Position numbers and translations under genes: made by a program. Shown piece by piece: positions 19,260 to 27,341 of a stretch of 64,000 bases of DNA. Below the pieces are notes generated by a model that was given only the letters and a program-made list of their open reading frames with translations, was not told the origin of the DNA and did no database searches. Where the stretch lies: positions 45,282-109,281 of the forward strand of contig CAZSSD010000001.1 of the NCBI GenBank assembly GCA_964609765.1, in the 5' to 3' direction. Source of the stretch: an uncultured Candidatus Saccharibacteria bacterium. GTDB taxonomy: Bacteria > Patescibacteriota > Doudnabacteria > UBA920 > 2-02-FULL-46-11. Position 1 is the stretch's first letter. Each line of letters begins with the position of its first letter.

Positions 19260-20777
19260 CTAATTAACCGAATATCTGGTTAGGTAAATATCTCCCCGGT
19301 AAAGAAATACATCGGGGATTTTTTGTTCTTCTATTTGCAGCCAATTGGCCGGCACCTCCGGCTTGCTTCCGCCAAAGCCGGTTGTCCAGAGAAGCCAGAT
19401 GGTTTCGCCGCTCTGACCATAAGTTTTGAGATCACCAATAAAGTCGCCGTCATTTAAAAGGGCAGTACCGGAAAAGTGCGGCAGTTGCTCGGTCTGGGTG
19501 ATGCCCTTAAGGTAAAGAAGGGGATATGCTGGGGGGTTGGCCGCGCCCCATTGCTGATAATAATATTTGTAGCTGAAGTAAATGAAGGTCGAAGCGACGA
19601 CTATTTTGTCGCTAGGCTGATAATTGCCAAACAAGTATTCAGAAGTGGCTCGCATACCGGGGTGATTTTTTACATCCAGTTGCTGCCATCTATCCGCAAA
19701 GAAAATGACACTGGCCAGTATAAGCAGGATGAGCAGGCCGGAGCCTAAGCGCTGCCATTTAATACTAGCCAGAGCGAGCGCGATGAAAGCTACGATAAAT
19801 ACGGCCGCAAAAATAAAATATCGATCAAGATAAAGAGCGGTCCGCAATGAAATAAGGATGGCCAGTACAAATGGGACAAAGCCCATCAGCACAAGCAGGA
19901 TTTTGTCGAGTTTGCGATAGCGCCAAAGATAAACCAAAAGCAGAAACACGAAAGCGACCGAAGCGACAATTAAAATATTATTGGCGATGCCCTGCCAACC
20001 ACTGATCAGTATTTTCCAAATTGTCGCGGGTACGCTCCAACGCTCCATTTCGGGAATCCAATAATTTTGCTCGACCTGACTGAACTGGCGCCAAAAAGTA
20101 GGCAGCCACCAGCTTGAGAGCACTCCGGCCAGAATAAATGACGCGGCCCATTTTAGATTTTGCCTGGCTAGAACGGGACGGTATTTTTTTAGCCACCAAA
20201 TTAAAATAAATAGGCCTTGGGCGGCAAGAGAAAAGAGTAAGAAATAATGTGTGAGCGCCGAGGCGCTGGTCAGTATGGCAAAGGCTAGCCACCATGGCCA
20301 CCGATTTGTGCGCAAAGCTTTAAGCATCACCCAGGTTCCCAACACTATTAAAAAAGTCCCCAGCGTGTACATGCGTGCTTCCAAAGAATATTGAATATGG
20401 AAGGCGTTAACGGCTAAAAGCGCGGCCGCGCCCCAGGCCAGTTTTTTACCTTCGTCCGCTGGATAATCTTTAAATATTTCCCTGACTAATACATAGAGCA
20501 GCCAGACGGTAGCCACGCCAAAAAAAACCGAAAAACCGCGCAAAGATTCCAAACTGTGTCCAAAGACGCTGGCCCAGACCCGTAACAACCAATAATAAAA
20601 AGGCGGATGCACATCCAAGGCAATGCGCTGCATCATTTCGCTAAAGGGCATGCGGATAAGCAAAGCCGAAAATGCCTCGTCGTGCCAAAGGGCGAGAGCG
20701 GTATAATCCCATAGCCTGACTACTAAAGCGGTCGCTAAGATAAAGGGCAGCAATAGTTTGTTAAGAAGGTTGTTCAT
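19260..20777 (-). CDS. GT-C membrane glycosyltransferase (ArnT/PMT-like)
   Basis: LWHDEAFS, DVHPPFYY, YSLEARMY, THYF; many TM segments. Confidence 0.85.
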   Translation of the reverse strand: MNNLLNKLLLPFILATALVVRLWDYTALALWHDEAFSALLIRMPFSEMMQRIALDVHPPFYYWLLRVWASVFGHSLESLRGFSVFFGVATVWLLYVLVREIFKDYPADEGKKLAWGAAALLAVNAFHIQYSLEARMYTLGTFLIVLGTWVMLKALRTNRWPWWLAFAILTSASALTHYFLLFSLAAQGLFILIWWLKKYRPVLARQNLKWAASFILAGVLSSWWLPTFWRQFSQVEQNYWIPEMERWSVPATIWKILISGWQGIANNILIVASVAFVFLLLVYLWRYRKLDKILLVLMGFVPFVLAILISLRTALYLDRYFIFAAVFIVAFIALALASIKWQRLGSGLLILLILASVIFFADRWQQLDVKNHPGMRATSEYLFGNYQPSDKIVVASTFIYFSYKYYYQQWGAANPPAYPLLYLKGITQTEQLPHFSGTALLNDGDFIGDLKTYGQSGETIWLLWTTGFGGSKPEVPANWLQIEEQKIPDVFLYRGDIYLTRYSVN

Positions 20778-22461
20778 AAATTTCCATAATTACTTCTCCA
20801 AAACGATTATATTCCCGTTTTATGAGTTTGGCGTCGGGATAATACCGTTGGAAGGCTTGGCTGTCATACAGACTCGACTGTGTAAAAACAACCTGATCGC
20901 CGGGAAGGAGCTGCAGGCCAAATCTTTCATGCTCGTAGCGTCCGATGCGTACCTGATCGGGTCCCTGCCAAAGACTGGCCGGGTCGACAACTTGATAGGG
21001 CTGTTTGGTTTGTGTGGTCAGATACTGGGGCGTTTGTTCGGAGAACCAATCGATAACCAAATAGGTTTTTTCTTTATGGGCGCGCTCATTTAAATACTGG
21101 CTGACTGCGGTCAGATCAGAACGAAAAGCGTAAGCGTAGGCCGGTGAGTTGCCGGCGACCCCGAAATAAAGGTTGATGCCATAAACTGCTTCGGCGCCTA
21201 ACAGCACGATTAGCAAAAGGGCGGCTAGTTTTTTTCTAATGGTCCAGCCCAGGCCTTGTTCGTGCGGAAAAGTGGTTAATATTTCCTCGATAAAAAGGGC
21301 GGCTATGACAAAGGTAATCGGAATCACGCCAATTAAACGCAGCCCATGGGGAATGCCTTCGGCCGTGAGTAATTCCGGGACCAGCATTAAGTAGAACCAG
21401 AGCGCCATGACGAAAAATGTCAATCTTTTTAAATTGATGGCATATGCTATTTTTTCGCGGTGTTTGCGGAAAGCTTGAACGAAAAATATAACCGCCTGCA
21501 CGGTGACGGCCAGCAGTCCGACTACAAAAAGCGGCGCGATCAGATAAGAAAGAAAGGGATACCCCGATACATTGTGCCGCCAGTTCAGATCTCCGCCGGT
21601 GATGAAGCCAAGGGCCGTCTTTTTAAAAACGACCAGAAAGGTGCCGATTAAATCGCCCTGGTTCAGTTCAGGGGAAAAAATGGAAACCTGGCCGGTGCGG
21701 CCGGCCAGCCATTCCGGTTTTCTTATAAAATAAAGGGCGAGCGGAACGAGAGCGGCGGCGAAACTGATGGTCCCGGCCAAAACCGCCGGCCAGTAGCGCC
21801 TCGCGAGCTGCCATTTTGGTTGGTTGCGCAGGTCGATAATTATAAGCATGACCAAAGCCAGCCCGACCAGGGGAATCATCATGCGGTATGAAATATAGGT
21901 ATAAAAACCCAATCCAAAAGCCAGGCCAGAAAAAACAGCGCAGGTCCAATACTCCAGACGCGATTTGGCTTGGGCAACCCGGGTCGCAAAGTAGAAAAAT
22001 AGTAAAGTAAAAAGCGGCGCCGTGTTGGCGCGAAATGCGGTGCGGCTCAAAGTGATATACCAGCCGCTTACGGCTGTCAGAAACGCGGCCACAAAGGCCA
22101 GGCGCGCGTTAAACCAACGCCGTATTAAAAGATAAGTCAAAAGTACAACCAGTACGCCCATGGTCGCAGACACTAAATGGTGGGCTAAAGGCGTCCGGCC
22201 CAAAATGGCGACGGCCGGCGTGAGCAAATAAAAAAAGAGCGCTTCACGCCCGTTGCCGCGTTCGTAGAACGGCTGCAGCTTGCCGTTTAAGATACTATTT
22301 ATATCGAGCCCATTGGCCGCTTCGTCCGGAAATAAGCCGCCGGGCAAACTGCCCAACCCGGTGTAACGCAGAATCGCCGCCACAGAAACCAGAATCAACA
22401 ATGGCCCGTAGTTTTTTAACCATTTTTTGCCTTCATGATAGGCCCCTTTTAAGTTTTCCAT
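20761..22461 (-). CDS. GT-C membrane glycosyltransferase (ArnT/PMT-like)
   Basis: PGGLFPDEAANG, GRE.LF.Y, SR.AFR, GLGFYTY; many TM segments. Confidence 0.85.
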   Translation of the reverse strand: MENLKGAYHEGKKWLKNYGPLLILVSVAAILRYTGLGSLPGGLFPDEAANGLDINSILNGKLQPFYERGNGREALFFYLLTPAVAILGRTPLAHHLVSATMGVLVVLLTYLLIRRWFNARLAFVAAFLTAVSGWYITLSRTAFRANTAPLFTLLFFYFATRVAQAKSRLEYWTCAVFSGLAFGLGFYTYISYRMMIPLVGLALVMLIIIDLRNQPKWQLARRYWPAVLAGTISFAAALVPLALYFIRKPEWLAGRTGQVSIFSPELNQGDLIGTFLVVFKKTALGFITGGDLNWRHNVSGYPFLSYLIAPLFVVGLLAVTVQAVIFFVQAFRKHREKIAYAINLKRLTFFVMALWFYLMLVPELLTAEGIPHGLRLIGVIPITFVIAALFIEEILTTFPHEQGLGWTIRKKLAALLLIVLLGAEAVYGINLYFGVAGNSPAYAYAFRSDLTAVSQYLNERAHKEKTYLVIDWFSEQTPQYLTTQTKQPYQVVDPASLWQGPDQVRIGRYEHERFGLQLLPGDQVVFTQSSLYDSQAFQRYYPDAKLIKREYNRFGEVIMEIYEQPS

Positions 22462-22496
22462 TTTTTGTTTAGAAGTGGTAGAATAGAGCTAAAGTT

Positions 22497-22898
22497 ATGC
22501 GAAATTTCAGTAATTTTAAAAGATTTTTATCTTTTGGGCACTGGGCGCGTTTAAAGCCCCGTTCGGCTTCGGTCAAAGACGGCATTATTTTTTGGGGCAC
22601 TTGTTTGAGTTTCCTCCTGATAATCATACTAATTGTTTTAATTGTCTTCAAGTTAAGGCCGTCGTCGGAATTAACATCCGTTCACTACAATATTTTAATT
22701 GGCGTAGATGAAGTGGCCAACGGTCTGCAAATATACGGTTTTGCTCTGGTGGCGGTCTTGGTGTTGATTTATAATTTAATGTTGGCTAAAAAGTTTTATC
22801 GTTTTGAACCGTTTGCCTCGTATTTATTAGTGATTGGTTCCGTGTTGGTTTCGGCTGTTTTGCTCGGGGCCGTAATATCGCTTACTCATTTGCCTTAA
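22497..22898 (+). CDS. Hypothetical membrane protein (3 TM)
   Basis: Hydrophobic segments, HYNIL.GVD loop. Confidence 0.65.
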   Translation: MRNFSNFKRFLSFGHWARLKPRSASVKDGIIFWGTCLSFLLIIILIVLIVFKLRPSSELTSVHYNILIGVDEVANGLQIYGFALVAVLVLIYNLMLAKKFYRFEPFASYLLVIGSVLVSAVLLGAVISLTHLP

Positions 22899-22946
22899 TT
22901 TGTTTGTGAAGTATCAATAAAGCGGCCGGGCAGGGCCTTTTGTATT

Positions 22947-24638
22947 ATGTCGGCACCACTCATGCATCAAAGTCGTAATCCACACCGCCAACGCTCCGCC
23001 CGAGAGAGGGTTTTTGAGATTATACCGGCGGCATTAGTCTGGTTGAGTTTGGGTTTGGCGGTTTATTTTTCCTTTACACATCCGGCTTGGGCCGCCGTCT
23101 ATATTATTGTCTTTGACGTTTATTGGGTTTTAAAGGCCATTAATACCACCCTGCATCTTTTGTCGTCCTATAACCATTACCAACATGATCTAACGATGGA
23201 TTGGTTTGCGGGGGTAAAAATGTTGAGGCACAAAGAGGACCTGATCCGTGTTTTAACAGAGCGGAAAGCCCAAGCGCGGCGAGCCTGGCGCGGTCTGATT
23301 AGCCGCGAAATCGAAAGAGTAAACGCCGCGCAAATCAAACGGGACTATGATCAGATTTACCACGTTGTCCTGTTCCCCTTTGTTGATGAAAGCTTTGAAC
23401 TTTTACGGACAAGCGTTGAAGCCATACGTCAGAGCAATTACCGGCTTGATCGCGTGATTATCCTGCTGGCGGCAGAAGAGCGAGCGGCGGCACAGGCCCA
23501 AGCTACGGCCCAAAAATTGCATGATGCTTATCAAGATGTTTTTCGCGGCTTTTTAGTAAGCACGCATCCCGACAACTTGCCGGGCGAAATCAGGGGTAAA
23601 AGCGCCAATGCCAGTTTTGCCACAGAACATGTTTTGTTACCATGGCTCGCGCAAAACAATATCCCGCTCGAAAATGTCATAATGAGCAATTTAGATTCGG
23701 ACACGGTGGTCCACAGGCAGTATTTGGCCAGAGTGACTTATGAATGGCTTTTAGCGGCTGATCCTCATCGCCGCAGTTACCAGCCAATCACCTTGTATAA
23801 CAACAATATGTGGGACTCGCCGGCCTTGGTGCGGGTAGTGGCGGTGGCTAACTCTTTCTGGCAATTTATGGAATCTTCGCGGCCCGACCGCTTGCGCACT
23901 TTTTCGAGCCACAGCATGAGCCTGAAGACTTTGCGCGAGGTTGGTTTTTGGAAAAAAGAAATCGTCAACGAGGATGGTTTTATTTTTTGGCAATGTTACC
24001 TGCATTTTAACGGCCAGTATAGCACGGTGCCGTTATTTATTCCGGTGTCCATGGACACTTGCGTGGCGGAAGACTACAAGCAGACCTTGATTAATCAGTA
24101 CAAGCAAAAGCGGCGCTGGGCATATAATGTTGAATATTGGCCGCATCTGGTGCCAAAATTGTTGGGCAATAAAAAGATTCCTTTGCCTGACCGGCTTTAT
24201 AAATTTTGGCAGTATGTTGAAGGTAATTATAACTGGGCTACTGCCAGTATTGTCATTGCCACCATGGGCTTTTTACCGTCTTTCTTGGGCGACAATTTCA
24301 CGGGTACGGTTTTGGGCTACAATTTGCCCTATGCCACGCGCTTAATGATGAACATCGCCCTTGTTTTCTTGATTGCCTCGGTGTACGTGAATATGATTTT
24401 GCTGCCGCCCCGGCCTGCGAAATACAAATGGACGCGCACGGCGGCTATGTACGCGCAATGGGTTTTAGTGCCTTTTATCTCAATCATCTGGGGCTCAATT
24501 CCTTCTTTAGAAGCCCAGACGAGGCTGGCTTTGGGGAAATATATGGAATTTTGGGTGACACCGAAGCCGCGATCCGTGATCGAAAAATCCGAAATTCGAA
24601 TATCGAAACCCGAAACTGCCTTAAATTTAAAAAATTAA
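22947..24638 (+). CDS. Membrane-bound glycosyltransferase family 2
   Basis: GKSAN, DSD (DxD), QP...YNNN, ED, Q..RWA (QxxRW) motifs with flanking TMs. Confidence 0.88.
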   Translation: MSAPLMHQSRNPHRQRSARERVFEIIPAALVWLSLGLAVYFSFTHPAWAAVYIIVFDVYWVLKAINTTLHLLSSYNHYQHDLTMDWFAGVKMLRHKEDLIRVLTERKAQARRAWRGLISREIERVNAAQIKRDYDQIYHVVLFPFVDESFELLRTSVEAIRQSNYRLDRVIILLAAEERAAAQAQATAQKLHDAYQDVFRGFLVSTHPDNLPGEIRGKSANASFATEHVLLPWLAQNNIPLENVIMSNLDSDTVVHRQYLARVTYEWLLAADPHRRSYQPITLYNNNMWDSPALVRVVAVANSFWQFMESSRPDRLRTFSSHSMSLKTLREVGFWKKEIVNEDGFIFWQCYLHFNGQYSTVPLFIPVSMDTCVAEDYKQTLINQYKQKRRWAYNVEYWPHLVPKLLGNKKIPLPDRLYKFWQYVEGNYNWATASIVIATMGFLPSFLGDNFTGTVLGYNLPYATRLMMNIALVFLIASVYVNMILLPPRPAKYKWTRTAAMYAQWVLVPFISIIWGSIPSLEAQTRLALGKYMEFWVTPKPRSVIEKSEIRISKPETALNLKN

Positions 24639-24705
24639 GTTTCTTGAACTTGTTTTATGCTTCGCCTGCCTGCCGGCAGGCAGGGATTTAGAATTACGAA
24701 TTTAA
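24582..24705. repeat. Heptamer repeat tract with an embedded 20-bp perfect palindrome
   Basis: GAAATTC-GAATATC-GAAACCC-GAAACTG units; CCTGCCTGCCGGCAGGCAGG at 24665-24684. Confidence 0.7.
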
Positions 24706-24707
24706 AT

Positions 24708-25772
24708 ATGATAATTTTCTTTTGGATATTTCTGCTGGCGTTAGCGGTTTCCGTTTTGGCCACCGCCATCGTTCGAAAAATTTCTATCAAAAAAGGAGTT
24801 TTCGATTTGCCTAATGTGGAGCCCGCCCGGCGGGCGCACGATAAACCCAAACCGCTGCTGGGCGGCCTGGGTTTAATTCTCACTTTTGACGTTCTAACCG
24901 CACTGCTTTATTTTTTATTGCCCCTCTTGAAAGATAATATTCCTTTGGTAAGTATGCTTGCCATTTGGGCCGGCAGCCTCATTCTTGGTTTGGGCGGCGC
25001 CATCGATGACATTAAGAACCTAAAGCCGGGCCAACAGTTGTTTTTTACAATTCTGGCCGTACTGGCCGTGGTTGTTTCGGGCATGGGCGTGCCTCATATC
25101 ACTAATCCCTTAGGCGGCAAAATACCCCTTACCGGTCCGGCCATTGGCGGTATTGGGCTGGTTAGCGCCGCCTTTGTCTTTTTCTGGATTTTGGGCATGA
25201 TTTATACGACTAAATTTTTAGATGGCTTAGACGGGCTCGCTTCAAGCATTAGTTTGGTAGCCACTCTTTCTTTGTTTGCCCTATCGTTTACGCCGCAGGT
25301 TATGCAACCTTATACGGCCGTGCTGGCCGCGGTGTTGGCCGGCAGCCTGCTCGGGTTTTTGATATTTAACTGGTACCCATCGAAAATATTTTTGGGCGAG
25401 GCCGGCAGTACGTTCCTCGGTTTTATTTTGGGAATTCTGGCCATTATTGCCGGCGGAAAAGTGGCCACAGCCTTCTTGGTTATGGGTGTGCCCATTTTGG
25501 ATGTGGCTTGGGTAATTTTGCGCCGAATTTATACCGGCCAATCTCCGTTTAAGGCCGATCGCCTGCATTTGCATTTCCGTCTTTTAGATCTCGGCTTAAG
25601 CCACCGGCAAACCGTGGCCGTCTTTGTATTGTTTTCGGCTGCATTTGGCGGCACGGCCGTACTTTTGCAATCCTTTGGCAAGTTTATATCCCTTTTGATA
25701 TTACTACTTGTCATGCTGGCTTTCGGTCTGTTCGTGGTTTACTTAACCCGCCGCCGACGCTTGACCCCGTAA
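24708..25772 (+). CDS. MraY-family (WecA/TagO-like) undecaprenyl-phosphate GlcNAc-1-P transferase
   Basis: P.LGG, GAIDD, DGLDGL, FNWYPSKIFLGEAG, AD..HLH. ATG 24708 preferred because the upstream extension runs through a repeat. Confidence 0.88.
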   Translation: MIIFFWIFLLALAVSVLATAIVRKISIKKGVFDLPNVEPARRAHDKPKPLLGGLGLILTFDVLTALLYFLLPLLKDNIPLVSMLAIWAGSLILGLGGAIDDIKNLKPGQQLFFTILAVLAVVVSGMGVPHITNPLGGKIPLTGPAIGGIGLVSAAFVFFWILGMIYTTKFLDGLDGLASSISLVATLSLFALSFTPQVMQPYTAVLAAVLAGSLLGFLIFNWYPSKIFLGEAGSTFLGFILGILAIIAGGKVATAFLVMGVPILDVAWVILRRIYTGQSPFKADRLHLHFRLLDLGLSHRQTVAVFVLFSAAFGGTAVLLQSFGKFISLLILLLVMLAFGLFVVYLTRRRRLTP

Positions 25773-25908
25773 TACAACCTCGATAATTCTCCTACGTTTT
25801 GATGAACAGCATTATATAAAACTGTTAGATATCTGATTACAAAAGCAGTATTAATACCGAGTCGAATTGATGGAATTCAAAACGATCGAGGTTGATATCC
25901 GGGGTTGA
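25761..25908 (-). repeat. Long bulged hairpin element (copy 2, same architecture as 7712-7799)
   Basis: CAACCTCGAT 25775-84/ATCGAGGTTG 25885-94; CGTTTTGA 25795-802/TCAAAACG 25877-84; GACCCCG/CGGGGTT outer stem. Confidence 0.6.
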
Positions 25909-25979
25909 CTAAGGAAGCGCAATCCACTACTATTACGTAGTCTTTAATACCTTAATTTATAATTGAATTTTTAGAGAAT

Positions 25980-26291
25980 ATGTTCGCGATTATCCAAACC
26001 GGTGGCAAGCAATACACTGTTTCACCTGAACAGACCGTCAAAATAGAAAAGCTCAAGGCTGAAAAAGGGGAAACCGTTACGTTCGATAAGGTTCTTTTGG
26101 TGGCTGATGACGATAGTGTTAAAGTGGGGAAGCCGTTTGTAGCCGGGGCGAGTGTTTCCGGGCAGGTTTTGACCCAAGCCAAGGATAAAAAAATCAGGGT
26201 TTTTAAGTATAAGGCCAAATCTAAGTATCGCCGTACCGCTGGGCACAGGCAGGCTTATACGGCCGTAAAAATCGGCGAGATTAAGGTCTAG
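25980..26291 (+). CDS. rplU: 50S ribosomal protein L21
   Basis: [27 protein letters not shown]. Confidence 0.98.
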   Translation: MFAIIQTGGKQYTVSPEQTVKIEKLKAEKGETVTFDKVLLVADDDSVKVGKPFVAGASVSGQVLTQAKDKKIRVFKYKAKSKYRRTAGHRQAYTAVKIGEIKV

Positions 26292-26345
26292 TTCCGAAAA
26301 AAAGCACTTAATTTCAACCACCAAGAGCCGGTGGTTGTTTTAGTA

Positions 26346-26373
26346 TTGACTATTTCTTTTAATGTTGTAAAAT
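26346..26373 (+). promoter_or_regulatory. Sigma70-type promoter driving the RNA cluster
   Basis: TTGACT-16nt-TAAAAT, 20 nt upstream of the first helix. Confidence 0.6.
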
Positions 26374-26393
26374 ATGATACACGGACATTAAGT

Positions 26394-26905
26394 TCTGGTT
26401 TGGGTAGCCTTAACGTCTAAGTCCAACTAGCGGACTCGCACGGAGGATCGGCCGATCTACCATGGCCTCCGTATGGAAAGCTTGAGGACCCTTAGGTGTT
26501 AACCCACTCCCAACTAACGTCAGCCAGGCCTGCTCACCTCGTTCCGATCGCAAGGTGCGTGGTAAGCGGGTTCTGCAGTTAGGGCGGAGCGCGGAGTACG
26601 AGGCGCGAAACCGGGGAAGAACCAAATCTTGGGCGGGAAACAAACCAAACTCGTCGCTGTGGGAGGTTTGCGATCAAACAAGAAATGGTTCAACGTTGGC
26701 GTAGCCCACAGCCGGTAACCAGTCTTTTGGGGGGACTGGGGATGGCGGCAGGCGTTGGTAAAGCGAGCAGTGCTGGAACGGAGAGATGCTGAATGGGTTC
26801 GGGAGTTGTTCGCCACTAGTGTGCGGCAACTTACCTTGAGCGGCTCGGTCGATCCGGTAGGGCATTGTAAGGTTTGCGAATTGCTTGCGTGGAGCCCAAA
26901 CCAGA
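26394..26905 (+). ncRNA. Candidate large structured ncRNA (~510 nt), family unknown
   Basis: 12-bp terminal helix TCTGGTTTGGGT 26394-405/GCCCAAACCAGA 26894-905. Internal helices GAACCA/TGGTTC, TCTTG/CAAGA, CAAACC/GGTTTG, CCAGTC/GACTGG. Crossing pairings GCTGTGGG/CCCACAGC and CCTCGT/ACGAGG. Confidence 0.65.
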
Positions 26906-26909
26906 TATT

Positions 26910-27015
26910 GGGGCTGGACCTCGGGTGTGAGGCACGGGGGAATTCATCCTCCCCCCGTGGCGCTGTTCGCGGTCTTTGCTCGCGACAGGGTCGGGTTCGA
27001 TTCCCGTCAGCTCCA
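26910..27015 (+). tRNA. Atypical tRNA-like element (8/4 allo-tRNA-like, G3:U70, non-canonical anticodon arm)
   Basis: GGGGCTGG/TCAGCTCC-A acceptor, CCTC/GAGG D-stem, CACGGGGG/CCCCCGTG arm, long variable arm, CGGG-TTCGATT-CCCG T-arm. Confidence 0.6.
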
Positions 27016-27017
27016 TT

Positions 27018-27110
27018 GGAGAGGTAGCCAAGCGGCCAAAGGCGCCGGGGTGTTACTCCGGTGATCGGGTCAATACCTGGTCTGCGTGGGTTCGAATCCC
27101 ACCCTCTCCA
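27018..27110 (+). tRNA. Class II (long variable arm) tRNA with GTT (Asn) anticodon on a Tyr/Ser-like body
   Basis: GGAGAGG/CCTCTCC-A73; D-arm GCC-AAGCGGCCAAA-GGC; CCGGG-GT[GTT]AC-TCCGG; 8-bp V-arm GATCGGGT/ACCTGGTC; GTGGG-TTCGAAT-CCCAC; CCA not encoded. Confidence 0.8.
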
Positions 27111-27117
27111 TGAAGTA

Positions 27118-27277
27118 CTGGGCAGTGGTCTCCCTTCCGTTGCCTAGAGTTGGAGGAGTAATTCCTTTTCGGAGCGCAGTGCCTCGCGTGGTGACGGGTG
27201 AAACCCGGGACTCCCAAGCCTAGAGCTTGGGAATAATACCGGGGAGTAAGTCCCGATCCAGCGAGCCTGCCCCTCCG
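27118..27277 (+). ncRNA. Structured RNA trailer after the tRNAs
   Basis: Hairpin 27118-27147, then a multibranch domain: TGGAGG/CCTCCG, GCAG/CTGC, CTCGC/GCGAG, GGGACT/AGTCCC, CCCAAGC/GCTTGGG. Confidence 0.45.
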
Positions 27278-27284
27278 GGCACAA

Positions 27285-27320
27285 AAAGCCGTAGCGTTGC
27301 ATGAAACACGCTACGGCTTT
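27285..27320. terminator. Bidirectional terminator between RNA cluster and recR
   Basis: AAAGCCGTAGCGT...ACGCTACGGCTTT, 13-bp stem. Confidence 0.75.
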
Positions 27321-27341
27321 ACCTTTTATTGGTGGGTTTTA

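Noticed and set aside
26941-26951. UCA anticodon implying selenocysteine or UGA recoding
   Set aside because: The loop is not a 7-nt CU-UCA-A loop, no sel genes are in the window, and many genes here end in TGA with normal lengths.
26910-27015. tmRNA (ends read GGGGCTG...GGTTCGATTCCCG.CAGCTCCA)
   Set aside because: Only ~105 nt between the ends, with a D-stem and no tag reading frame. The order does not fit a permuted two-piece tmRNA.
26410-27031. Short ORFs across the RNA island
   Set aside because: They overlap clear RNA helices and tRNA-like elements and lack protein-like composition.
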